From assembly GCA_965222225.1 (NCBI GenBank), contig CBDCTK010000002.1:768001-832000 (forward strand): a stretch of DNA of 64,000 bases, written 5' to 3'. This stretch comes from Candidatus Poribacteria bacterium. Its GTDB lineage: Bacteria; Poribacteria; WGA-4E; JAJDTR01. How positions within the stretch are numbered: position 1 is the stretch's first letter; every line of letters begins with the position of its first letter. The position numbers were made by a program, and so were the translations under genes. The notes beneath the pieces are model-generated. The model had not been told where the DNA came from. It saw only the letters and a program-made list of their open reading frames with translations, and ran no database searches. Positions 1-9,530 of this stretch are shown here, one piece after another.

Positions 1-1040
1 ACGAATGACAGATAACCATCTTTGCGCTTTTCTCGAGCGATCTGAAAGATTTCGCGAACCTTCCGTTCGGATTCTCCCAACCACATGTTCAATATTTCAG
101 GCCCCTTGATATGCAGGAAACAGCCTTCGACGTTGCTTCCAGTTTCCGCTTTTAACCTTTCGGTCAGGTTATGCGCGGTCGCTTTGCCGATTAGTGTCTT
201 TCCACAGCCGGGCGGGCCATGCAACAGGAATCCCTTGGGGGCGCTATATTGAAAACGCTCAAATATCTCCGGGTGGAGAATCGGGAGTTCAATGGTATCT
301 TTAATGAGTTTTATGGTGTCGCTCAACCCACCAACCTTCTCCCAAGGTATATCGGGTACTTCTTCCAGATAGTAGTCTTTTGCTTCCTGAGTTTCTAATC
401 GTTCGAGCGCGACCTTAAAATTCGGATCGATGCGGACTTCGTCTCCTACTTTCAGCTTCTTGTTAGCCAAATCTGTTGACCGTTCCAAAATAACAGCTTG
501 GGTTGTAGGTTCCTGTCCAACACGCAATCTACCATCCGGTAGGATGTCGCCAATCTTCCCTATGGGGCCGGCATCGCTGTATCCGAGTTCGCCCACTATA
601 ACATAAGCCTCATTGAGGAGCACACTGAAGCCGATCTTGAAGGCGTACGGATCCAACTGGGAGTCAATGTTTGCGAGGTAATCTGAACCGCCAACAATTA
701 CACGTGCAATACCCTTTTTCGGGAATCCGAGGAGTGTACCTATTCGATTCGCAGGAGCGGTTAGTTTGTCAACTGTTTCTTGCATTTCGACGATGGCTTG
801 CCGCGCTTCCTGAAACGTTACTTCATCCTCAATAATCGCACGTCGCAGTTCATACAGAAGTGAGCGTCTACGATCGTCCTCGTGTGTTGCGTAAAGAAGC
901 TGATCGACAAGCATCAAAGAACGGGGTGTACCTACGTCTTCTTCGATTTCATCGGATTCTTCAGCAAAATCGTCATCATATAAATCAAGGCGGTCAGTAG
1001 ATTGCCTTTCAGATTGATTTCGATTCTTGTTGTCGCGCAT
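1..1040 (-). CDS. arc: Proteasome-associated AAA+ ATPase (ARC/Mpa family); 3' end runs off the window
   Basis: Not in the ORF track; translated by hand from ATG 1040 (AGGAGG SD). Coiled coil, then LTAPANRIG, then YLEEVPDIPWEKVGGL..ELPILHPEIF..PKGFLLHGPPGCGKT (Walker A)..FLHIKGPEILNMWLGESERKVREIF. Confidence 0.9.
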   Translation of the reverse strand, partial: MRDNKNRNQSERQSTDRLDLYDDDFAEESDEIEEDVGTPRSLMLVDQLLYATHEDDRRRSLLYELRRAIIEDEVTFQEARQAIVEMQETVDKLTAPANRIGTLLGFPKKGIARVIVGGSDYLANIDSQLDPYAFKIGFSVLLNEAYVIVGELGYSDAGPIGKIGDILPDGRLRVGQEPTTQAVILERSTDLANKKLKVGDEVRIDPNFKVALERLETQEAKDYYLEEVPDIPWEKVGGLSDTIKLIKDTIELPILHPEIFERFQYSAPKGFLLHGPPGCGKTLIGKATAHNLTERLKAETGSNVEGCFLHIKGPEILNMWLGESERKVREIFQIAREKRKDGYLSF

Positions 1041-1520
1041 GAAGTTCCTCCTGGCACAATGTAAATTGAACAACGAGGCTGATGCAATCTGTTGTTCTGA
1101 GGGGGCAGCCAGTTTTTCAAATTGTATCTTGCCAATTCAGAAGATTGAATTGATAAGTCACGGCATTAACGACGAGGTCTAGTGGAACTTCACCAATCTG
1201 ATTCAGACCCCGTGCGATTAACTTGATTGGTTGAAACGCTCCCGGAACTCCTATCTCAACGTAGTGATAGAATTCCCCGCTATACTCGACTCTTCCATGT
1301 TTGTATAATTGACACAATTTGCCTTCCCAAAGTGTCTTCAGGTTTGTTGGGAACCCAGATATCGCTTGCTGTCAATCCGAATGAGTAAAACGGTTCTGGA
1401 TGCTTCCAGAGGTTCTGTAGAGGTAGTTAAGCGATAGACCGTCTGAAAGTCATCGATTTATTGCAATTTTACGATAGATGGGGTAGAGTGAAGGAAATCT
1501 TCTTGAGAAGACAATTGACA

Positions 1521-1549
1521 ATTCTATCACACTATTTCAGGAATCTCAA
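1521..1549 (-). promoter_or_regulatory. Putative sigma-70 promoter facing arc
   Basis: TTGAGA-17bp-TAGAAT on the minus strand. Confidence 0.4.
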
Positions 1550-1599
1550 CGCAAAACATAGAATTTGTTCAGAGAGACAAAGACTCTTGGTGTCAAATC

Positions 1600-3078
1600 T
1601 CAATTCGCCGGCGTGTTCTCTTGGTTTTCGGTTTTCGACTGTTTCCAATCTAACTCGCTCTCATTCCATTCAAATACTTGCAAGGGGCCAAACTTCAAAT
1701 TGACGGTTAAGCTTTTTGGCGTCGGCGAACTATCAAATCGATTGAAGTCGCGAATTACGACATAGGTGTGTTGGCCGTCAGCAATCTTTTTGCAAGAAGC
1801 GATAAAGTCGTCAAGATTCTGAATCGCGCTGCCGTTGATTTCTTGGATAACTACCTTCGAATTGCCACTCCGCTCGCGTATGCCAACCCGTGAGAAGCTG
1901 CTTCCCGCATCTGCATGTGGGAGGTAAACCCCTTCTGCTTTGAAGTATAAAATGCGTCGCAAATCCGGGGTAATGTCGTGAAAGATTGAACCGGCGAAGC
2001 GAACAAATCGGCGAACTTTCTTGAGTTCAAGGTCCTCGACCGGTATTTTGACGCTCATCTGTTCTCCGTTGCGGTAAACCTCCAGCACTACATCTGCTCC
2101 GACGCTGTTGTTGAGCATCGCGTCGAACGCATAGAGATCGTCACGGATAAGTTTTTCGTTGATCCGATAAATGATATCGGACGCGCGGAGGAGGTTCTCG
2201 CCCGTGGTACGGGGGATAATTGACTCAATCTGGATGACTTTCGGTGTTCCGGCTTCGGAGGGGCCAATATCCGCGCGCGATGATTCCGGCAATCTAAAGT
2301 GCTTAATGGCTTCACCAATTGAGATTAGTTCCAAGTCTACACCAATCTCGCCACGATGAATTGAAGACCCCTTCTGAATGTGGGTCAACGCATCAATCAG
2401 GTACTCAATGGGAAGTTCAAAACTAGACGTATCAGTTCCGCGTGCGTGGATGGCAATCGCCTTTCCTTCCGTGTTCCACACCGGACTTCCACTCGAACCG
2501 CCTGTACGGTCAAAGGTCGTGTGAATATAGCTCGAATGGCGATTTCCTTTGTTGACATTGAGATTGGCGACTTTTCCCTCTTTAATTGAGTATTCTTCCT
2601 TATCATTATTACCTATTAACAGGAGTTCATCGCCTAAGGCAAGATTACGCCACGCTCCAAGTTGCACCGCTTCAAGGGTGAACTCGACTTCGCTAGGGTT
2701 TATCTGGTAGAAGCCGAAATCGTGTGTCGGGTCGTAATAGAAAACCTTCGCCTCAGTAAAACTTCCGTCGTAAAAATTAATCTTAACGTAAGCCGGACTA
2801 CTGCCGGTAACGTGACGGTTAGTAGCTATAATCCCACGTTCTGCGTCAACAATAAAGCCGGTAGCGAAACTTGATCCTTTTGCTTCGGTTTCAAAGACAA
2901 CTTCGGATGAGGTTTCCACATTCACAACCATAGGCTTAAATGCAGCAATCTGATCTGTCCAGTTATGGGCGGCTTGACTTCTCAGTGCAGTTCCGTGCGA
3001 TAACAGGAAAATCGCGATACACCAAATAAAAATTCTTTTAGTCTGTCCGGATTGACAAAAAGCCGAAGTGAAGAGCAT
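1600..3078 (-). CDS. Trypsin-like serine protease with PDZ domains, Nma111/DEG7-like HtrA subfamily
   Basis: ATGFIVDAERGIIATNRHV (His), YDPTHDFGF (Asp), GGSSGSPV (Ser); two PDZ-like regions; N-terminal signal-like hydrophobic stretch. Confidence 0.88.
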   Translation of the reverse strand: MLFTSAFCQSGQTKRIFIWCIAIFLLSHGTALRSQAAHNWTDQIAAFKPMVVNVETSSEVVFETEAKGSSFATGFIVDAERGIIATNRHVTGSSPAYVKINFYDGSFTEAKVFYYDPTHDFGFYQINPSEVEFTLEAVQLGAWRNLALGDELLLIGNNDKEEYSIKEGKVANLNVNKGNRHSSYIHTTFDRTGGSSGSPVWNTEGKAIAIHARGTDTSSFELPIEYLIDALTHIQKGSSIHRGEIGVDLELISIGEAIKHFRLPESSRADIGPSEAGTPKVIQIESIIPRTTGENLLRASDIIYRINEKLIRDDLYAFDAMLNNSVGADVVLEVYRNGEQMSVKIPVEDLELKKVRRFVRFAGSIFHDITPDLRRILYFKAEGVYLPHADAGSSFSRVGIRERSGNSKVVIQEINGSAIQNLDDFIASCKKIADGQHTYVVIRDFNRFDSSPTPKSLTVNLKFGPLQVFEWNESELDWKQSKTENQENTPAN

Positions 3079-3789
3079 TAGTGCCTCCGAAGAAGAAGAA
3101 AATGAACTAAGCTAACGTAGCTGGCTGCCGAGACGGCCTCGTTGAATAGCCTATCTAATGAATGGGGCTAGATTTGCAATGGTCCCTACTATATTACCAA
3201 ATACTATGGCAGGACGCAAGCAAGAGAATCGTTGCTAAGCGGGAGATTTGTCGAGATTACGCGGCCGAATGCTGAAAGTTTAATCACTTGGGTTTCTTTG
3301 ATTCGCAGTGAGCACAAAACAGGTTTGATTGATTAGCATGTTATTTCAAGTCTCGACTTCGGAAAAATGATGGGGCCCGGCAATTCTTGCCATTGTCAAA
3401 ACTATTGGTTCCGAGATACTGTCCATCCAGGCGGACATTTTAGATCGAGACTGTTTGCAAACCGCGAGGCTGACATTTGGATACCATTAGGATTATTAGG
3501 CTGAATCATAGAATAACACAACTGCTTAGAAAATGGAAAAATATTTTGAGGGGTATCCAATGCTGGTTCAAAGAGATATCTGTCCAAACGACCGGTGAAC
3601 AAAGGATTTTCGAAACTCCTCGGCATTACTCTGCAACAACCTCAAGTTTAAGAACTGAAAAAGAGATACGTATGCAAATCAAATTGAACTAGATCGAGAA
3701 GGGACGTTACTGCGGCAAGGATTGATCGAGTGGAAGAAGCCGATACCAAGAAATCTTACAAGAAAAAGCAATCTCTATCTAGCTATGAC

Positions 3790-4698
3790 TCACTGCTTCT
3801 TCTGAGAATTTTTCACGTTGTCTGCAGATACGTTTTTCACAGTTGTCGACTTTTTCTGTGATTCGGCAAGATATTCAAACAGATTGGGTTCATCGGTATC
3901 GTCTTCGATGTCAGAGGTTTGACGTACTGTTTCTTCCGACAGCGTGACGGGTTGTTTCGCTGTCGATTCAGGTGTGTTTTGGGGAGGGCGTTGGGGAGTC
4001 ATGCCTTGTGTGGTACCAATTCCCGTGGGTTGGCGATCTTGTGTTTCAAGTAGTTCTATCCGCTCCAATACTTGGTGCAGCGTTTTTCGCACCATCATGA
4101 GTTGATCTTGGAGGTTTTCCACACGAGCGGTTAACTGAGAGACCGTGTCAGCGACATCTTCTTGGCGGCTTTCGGATGCGGGGAGCGAAAACACCTGTTT
4201 GCCAGCTTTATTCGCGACATTCGGGCTTGGCGAGACAACGGGAGCTTGAGGGCGTGGGATGGATTCTTGTGTTGAACTCTTGGTCGGAGTGTCTTCGTGG
4301 AAAACGTCAAGCAATTTGATTTCATAGATGCCAGCGCCTATCCCTTTAGTTGAAAAGTATGAAACCCTGATCTTCATTTCTTGGCCAATCTCCATCTTGC
4401 GAAGGCGAAGGCTTAGATTCCAGATTACTGCGTCGTTATGCCAAGCAAGTTCCCAACCTGGACGACGATTCAATCCGCGCAGATAGGCAGTAACCAAACT
4501 AGTGTCAGAAATCTCCTGTACCAACGGCTCGGTGGTTAAGGTTCCGGTAGTTTCGACTGGCTGAAAATGAGCGTCAACCTCCGTGCGCGGCTGTACAATC
4601 GACATGGGGATTTCCCCCTGCTCTGCCTTCATGGTGGTCACCCATCCAGCGTCGCTTATTCGCTTGCACGCGATATTATAATGGTATTGAACTGCCAT
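3790..4698 (-). CDS. Hypothetical protein with central coiled coil and P/Q/T-rich linkers
   Basis: 302-aa ORF; heptad VSQLTARVENLQDQLMMVRKTLHQVLERIELLE. Confidence 0.6.
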   Translation of the reverse strand: MAVQYHYNIACKRISDAGWVTTMKAEQGEIPMSIVQPRTEVDAHFQPVETTGTLTTEPLVQEISDTSLVTAYLRGLNRRPGWELAWHNDAVIWNLSLRLRKMEIGQEMKIRVSYFSTKGIGAGIYEIKLLDVFHEDTPTKSSTQESIPRPQAPVVSPSPNVANKAGKQVFSLPASESRQEDVADTVSQLTARVENLQDQLMMVRKTLHQVLERIELLETQDRQPTGIGTTQGMTPQRPPQNTPESTAKQPVTLSEETVRQTSDIEDDTDEPNLFEYLAESQKKSTTVKNVSADNVKNSQKKQ

Positions 4699-4770
4699 TG
4701 CTTATGTTCCAGCCGAGATTGTTAAAGGCAAATTAAGAATGGCTTTATAATTTGCCTATATCTACCCAAT

Positions 4771-5604
4771 TCAAAGTGGTTTCAAGCGTTTGCGAATTGA
4801 ATCCAACGTTGGAATGTTTGCTGTATGCCGGCCTTCGACAGCAAATGAGGCGGCACAGTGAGCAAAATTCAACGCCTCCTGCGGTAATTGTGTTTCATAA
4901 TATTTTATTAGGAACGCCGTGGCAAATACATCACCAGCCCCGGTAGGGTCGATTTCGTTCGCAGCATAGGCGTTTGAGTTCAAAACCCGACCATTTTCAT
5001 AAAGAGTAGCCCCATGCATTCCCTTTGTCAATACCACAATTTTCGTCAGCTCAATATATTTTTCAAGTTCGTCAGGATATGTGCTCAAATCCTCATCACT
5101 CAGAATGAGGACGTCTGCGTACGGCAAGATTAATGTGGCGGAACTCCAACGCTTGGCAAGGACGCGGGAATTGCTATTACGATGCCGCATCCAACCTTGC
5201 GGGGTGACGCCGATTAGAGATCCGTTGAAACTATGGATACAATCGGGATCTACTTCGTCCGCAATTGGACACAAATACGCAACCTCCGCTTCACAACAAT
5301 CACCTGTGATATGTTGCGGCATCAATTTCGCTCCCAGTGCCAAGATAGATTGTTGGCGTTGACCATTCTCGCTGTAGCGATTGTCGAAAATCGTAGTGTG
5401 GGACGATTCTTGGTAAATAACTTCGATACCATTCAACAGCGGATTGCGTCGATTAAAGTCAACTCCCACTGCGGTTATTACACGAGCCTGGAGACCTAGA
5501 TGGCGGGCGGAAATAGCCGAATATGCCGCCGATCCGCCAAGCACATACCCCTTGGAGGTAACATCATAGCACAAATGCCCGATGGCGAGAAAGGTTGCAG
5601 TCAT
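4771..5604 (-). CDS. PfkB family carbohydrate kinase
   Basis: LGGSAAYSA N-terminal motif; DPTGAGDVFA C-terminal signature. Confidence 0.9.
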   Translation of the reverse strand: MTATFLAIGHLCYDVTSKGYVLGGSAAYSAISARHLGLQARVITAVGVDFNRRNPLLNGIEVIYQESSHTTIFDNRYSENGQRQQSILALGAKLMPQHITGDCCEAEVAYLCPIADEVDPDCIHSFNGSLIGVTPQGWMRHRNSNSRVLAKRWSSATLILPYADVLILSDEDLSTYPDELEKYIELTKIVVLTKGMHGATLYENGRVLNSNAYAANEIDPTGAGDVFATAFLIKYYETQLPQEALNFAHCAASFAVEGRHTANIPTLDSIRKRLKPL

Positions 5605-5653
5605 TCTCCTCGTTGGAATGAATCAACGTGTCCGAGAGAAGTGTATTGTTCCG

Positions 5654-5682
5654 ATTGTACAAATGAATGCAGGAAAAGTCAA
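5654..5682 (-). promoter_or_regulatory. Putative sigma-70 promoter of the PfkB gene
   Basis: TTGACT-17bp-TACAAT. Confidence 0.55.
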
Positions 5683-5717
5683 GAAGATTTTGCACGGTTT
5701 AGGACAGTTGCATTTCT

Positions 5718-5750
5718 TGTTTGAATAGTGGGTGGCAAAACAACTATTGG
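5718..5750 (+). repeat. Degenerate solo copy of the IS5-type element terminus
   Basis: TGTTTGAATAGTGGGTGGCAAA matches the inward-read right end of the 12186-12757 element at 20/22 nt. Confidence 0.55.
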
Positions 5751-5842
5751 CAAATTAAGAAAGGCGGCTTTTTCCTGTTTATTTATTGGTGTCTACTATT
5801 CGCCTTGAGCGCAGGAGAGGAAATCGGCGAATAGGTTAGAAG

Positions 5843-6010
5843 ACTCTATCGCACTAGGATTTCTTTCGCGGTCAGCGGGGGATATATTATCGCCTAGCGA
5901 TCTCTATCACACTCGCTATTGGCTTGCTTGATCTATGCGCTCAGTTGCAAGTATCTCTATTGCACTCACTATGAGATTTACTATCACCATCACTATTCTT
6001 TCAGTTGATT
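5843..6010 (+). repeat. Dispersed degenerate intergenic repeat, copy A (several units)
   Basis: Units such as CTATCACCATCACTATTCTTTCAGTTGAT and CTCTATTGCACTCA recur at 51931-52007 and 55145-55199. Confidence 0.55.
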
Positions 6011-6064
6011 ATGCTTGATTCTCAGAATCAGACGGAGTTGTCCTAAGAGATACGTTATTTGCCG

Positions 6065-6094
6065 TTGACGAACACCCGCTTCTGATGCTATAGT
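6065..6094 (+). promoter_or_regulatory. Putative sigma-70 promoter of glpK
   Basis: TTGACG-18bp-TATAGT with extended -10 TG. Confidence 0.55.
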
Positions 6095-6133
6095 GGCGAC
6101 ACTTTGAATTTCACGATTTGACCGCATGTCTCA

Positions 6134-7657
6134 ATGGAATCAGGTTTTGGACGAAAGATGGGGCCAAAGACGGCGACACCCTGTGTACTCTCTATCGATC
6201 AAGGTACAACCGGTTCCACAGTCCTCTTGGTTGATGTACACGGGGAAATTATCGCGCGTAGCTATCGAGAGTTGAGGCAATACTATCCACGTCCGGGATG
6301 GGTTGAACAAAATCCGGTTGAGATTTGGGAGGAAACACTCTACGCCATCCATGAAGTGGTTGACAATTCTGAGATTGCTACAAACAACATCGCCGCAATC
6401 GGCATAACTAATCAACGTGAGACTACCATCCTCTGGGAGCGGGATACGGGTAAACCGATTTACCCGGCGATTGTTTGGCAATGCCGTCGCACGGTGGACG
6501 AATGCAACGAACTGAGGAAGCAAGGACTCGAAGATGTTATTCGTGCGAAAACAGGCTTGGTTCTCGATCCCTATTTCTCCGCGACAAAGATTGCATGGAT
6601 TCTAAAGCATGTAGATGGAGCCCGCGAGCGTGCAAATTCCGGGAATCTCGCGTTCGGAACGGTGGACGCATGGCTGCTCTGGAACTTAACTGGCGGCGTG
6701 GTTCACGCGACCGATTACACCAATGCGTCGCGCACATTGCTGTACGACATCGAAAGGCTTGCATGGGATGATGAACTGCTACATAATTTCCGTATTCCTA
6801 GGCAGATTTTGCCGGAAGTAGGTTGGTCAGCTCGGGTGTTCGGCGCCGTAAAAGACCTCCATCCTGCGTTAAACGGTCTTCCAATAGCGGCGATTGCCGG
6901 CGACCAGCAAGCGGCACTGTTTGGGCAACTTTGTACGAAACCGGGTATGGCTAAGAACACCTATGGTACAGGCTGTTTTCTCATGCTCAATACAGGTGAG
7001 AAACGCGTTCATTCCGACGCAGGTTTATTGACGACGCTGGCATGCAGCCTTGACGATCAGCCTGTCTACGCGATCGAAGGGAGTGTGTTCGTCGCGGGAG
7101 CAGCCGTGCAATGGCTCCGGGATGGCATTGAAATTGTCGATTCAGCTGCGGAAACCGAAGCGATTGCGACTAGTGTCAAGGACACCGCAGGCGTTGTCGT
7201 TGTTCCCGCGTTTACCGGATTGGGAGCGCCGTATTGGAACCCGAATGCAAAAGGAGCAATTGTTGGTCTCACGCGCGGGACAACTCGCCCGCATATTGTT
7301 CGAGCAACATTGGAGTCGATTGCATTTCAAAGCGCTGATTTGGTTGACGCGATGACGAGTGAAATCGAAATTATGCATAATCGGCTGCGGGTGGACGGAG
7401 GTGCTGCAGCGAATGACTTCCTGATGCAGTTTCAAGCCGATATTCTTGACATGGATGTCGAGCGACCACAACAGATCGAAAGCACCGGACTCGGTGCTGC
7501 TTTTCTCGCGGGAATAACTTCCGGCGTGTGGGGTTGCATTGATGAACTTGAGTCGAGTCGGAAGGTTGATTGTGTCTTTTCATCAAGCATGAACGATAGA
7601 GAGCGCCGCGAAAAACTAACGGTCTGGAAAGACGCGATTCGAAGGGTGATGATTTGA
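6134..7657 (+). CDS. glpK: Glycerol kinase
   Basis: DQGTTGS, GITNQRETT, DPYFSATK, TDYTNASRT, GDQQAALFGQ, KNTYGTGCF motifs. Confidence 0.96.
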   Translation: MESGFGRKMGPKTATPCVLSIDQGTTGSTVLLVDVHGEIIARSYRELRQYYPRPGWVEQNPVEIWEETLYAIHEVVDNSEIATNNIAAIGITNQRETTILWERDTGKPIYPAIVWQCRRTVDECNELRKQGLEDVIRAKTGLVLDPYFSATKIAWILKHVDGARERANSGNLAFGTVDAWLLWNLTGGVVHATDYTNASRTLLYDIERLAWDDELLHNFRIPRQILPEVGWSARVFGAVKDLHPALNGLPIAAIAGDQQAALFGQLCTKPGMAKNTYGTGCFLMLNTGEKRVHSDAGLLTTLACSLDDQPVYAIEGSVFVAGAAVQWLRDGIEIVDSAAETEAIATSVKDTAGVVVVPAFTGLGAPYWNPNAKGAIVGLTRGTTRPHIVRATLESIAFQSADLVDAMTSEIEIMHNRLRVDGGAAANDFLMQFQADILDMDVERPQQIESTGLGAAFLAGITSGVWGCIDELESSRKVDCVFSSSMNDRERREKLTVWKDAIRRVMI

Positions 7658-9397
7658 ATGCATCTGCAATGGAAATACGCACTCATTGTAAATCTGGCTG
7701 TGTTAGTTGTCTTGGGGGTGTTCTACATCTTGGATGATTTTAGAGCGCAACGGGAACTAAACAGTCTCTACAACAGCGGTCTAGAAAGTGGCGTGGATTT
7801 TAAGGCCATTACAGAAAAAACGATACGCCCAGCAGTCGTTGATGAAATTGTAAGATGGCAGTCGTTTAAACGGGAGGCAGTTGAAAGAAATCTTCGGCAA
7901 AAGAAAATGGAACTGGACGATTTGAGAACCGTTGTAGATATCAACGTGACGTATGGGGATACCGCAATTCAAGCAGCACTTGTGCCTAGAAAGAGTAACG
8001 AAGAGTTCCACATCAACATAACAGAAGAGGATGTCTTTGACCTTGAACGCCTAGGTACAAAGCTATATCCAATTGAAGGCAAGTACGAAACAGCGGTAAT
8101 TGTTCCCTATCAGGCGGATTTGATTGCGCAGACAAGTGATAGGCTTATCTTCAGTGTGGAACTAGCGTACCAGAACGAATTGGACCAAGGTAAAGTGTCG
8201 GAAAATCTTAGACAGGTGTTCGCAGATAAGCGGGCTTTTGGTTCCAACGTTCAGGAGATAGAGGTTGTGGTAAAGGAAAAGGGTCGGAGGTGGCTAGTAA
8301 CTGATACGAGTAATGCGCAAAGGTATTTGATCTGGCGCAACGAGGACTTACTTGATGTCCATGTAGATAATCCTGTCGGAATTGAGAAAGAGAGTTTCAT
8401 TGGAGGATATATTCAAGTAATCTTCCGCATTCCCGAGATCCCCAGGATGATTCACAACTCTCGTTTGATGCATCTCGCATTGCTTTTTGTCATGAGTAGT
8501 CTGCTATTTATCATCGTCAATATTACGACGACTCGCCTTATTATGCGTCCGCTTGAGCAGATGACGCAGATTATTAGAGGCGCGGAGGCGGGAGATCCGG
8601 ATTCGCTTCAGCGGTCCTATTCGCCGGGTGAAATTGGACGGGTGACCTATAGCCTTGTAAGGATGCTTAGACAGTTGAAGGGCGCACACTCAAAACGGAT
8701 AGCTGCTCTAGAACAGTTCGCGGGTGGAGTTGCCCACGAGATTCGGAATCCACTCAATTCAATCGGCATGACCGCCCAGTATCTAAAGTCAATCTTTTCA
8801 CAATCCAAAGTGAAGGAGGAAGACATTGAGGAAGTTAGGGAGCTCTTGAGCATTGTCAATAATGAAATCGGGCAGTTGAAGGAGATTACCGAGCAGTTCT
8901 TAACGTTGAATCGTCCGAAGCATCTCAATTTGGAACCAACTCAACTTGATGACCTTATAGATCGGGTGTTGGCAGAATTTGCACTTAGTATGAGGGCGCC
9001 GAAGATTCATGTCGTGAAAAATTATGACGCTAAGCTTCCCTCCATCAATCTCGATCCGACATTGATACGACAGACATTATTCAATTTTGTGCAAAACAGC
9101 ATTCAAGCCATGTCCATGGGGGGGAGCATCTATATTACTACGCGAATTGATGAGAAAGGCACAGGGCAACGCGTAATCGTGGAAATTCGGGATACGGGCA
9201 TCGGCATTCCGGAGGAAATTCAGGAGCGAATCTTCGATGCATATTTCACTACGAAGGAAAATGAAGGTGGGATTGGGCTGGGACTCGCGCTTGCGCACCA
9301 AATTATAACCGCGCATCATGGAGAGGTTGAAATGAAAAGCAAGGTGGGAATGGGAACATCGTTTACGATTACTTTTCCTATGCAGATTGAGATTTGA
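7658..9397 (+). CDS. Membrane sensor histidine kinase (2 TM, HAMP, HisKA, HATPase)
   Basis: H-box VAHEIRNPLNSI, N-box NFVQNSIQA, DTGIGI, FTTK..GIGLGLA. Confidence 0.93.
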   Translation: MHLQWKYALIVNLAVLVVLGVFYILDDFRAQRELNSLYNSGLESGVDFKAITEKTIRPAVVDEIVRWQSFKREAVERNLRQKKMELDDLRTVVDINVTYGDTAIQAALVPRKSNEEFHINITEEDVFDLERLGTKLYPIEGKYETAVIVPYQADLIAQTSDRLIFSVELAYQNELDQGKVSENLRQVFADKRAFGSNVQEIEVVVKEKGRRWLVTDTSNAQRYLIWRNEDLLDVHVDNPVGIEKESFIGGYIQVIFRIPEIPRMIHNSRLMHLALLFVMSSLLFIIVNITTTRLIMRPLEQMTQIIRGAEAGDPDSLQRSYSPGEIGRVTYSLVRMLRQLKGAHSKRIAALEQFAGGVAHEIRNPLNSIGMTAQYLKSIFSQSKVKEEDIEEVRELLSIVNNEIGQLKEITEQFLTLNRPKHLNLEPTQLDDLIDRVLAEFALSMRAPKIHVVKNYDAKLPSINLDPTLIRQTLFNFVQNSIQAMSMGGSIYITTRIDEKGTGQRVIVEIRDTGIGIPEEIQERIFDAYFTTKENEGGIGLGLALAHQIITAHHGEVEMKSKVGMGTSFTITFPMQIEI

Positions 9398-9530
9398 GAA
9401 TAGGCGTTGATTACAAGCCATGAATTAGCAGTGCTTTAAAACGATTCCATTCAAACGCGCAATGCATTCACTATTACAAACTGAGGTGAGTAAGTTTATA
9501 CCTTTAACCTTAGTCTTGAAGGAACGGAAA

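Noticed and set aside
1117-1440. 66-aa minus-strand ORF that could be extended through an upstream TGA (second Sec candidate?)
   Set aside because: No start codon or SD for the extension, no recognisable family, no Cys-type context
3207-3222. TGGCA-N-GC sigma-54-like spacing
   Set aside because: Lacks TTGC and has no downstream gene on that strand
3402-3692. Two short overlapping ORFs in the intergenic gap
   Set aside because: No SD, motifs or other coding support
4727-5761. 13-bp direct repeat GGCAAATTAAGAA flanking the PfkB gene
   Set aside because: Short and AT-rich with no recombinase or other att evidence; may be chance
5843-6010. Possible CRISPR array
   Set aside because: Units are degenerate, irregularly spaced, lack unique spacers, and no cas genes are present
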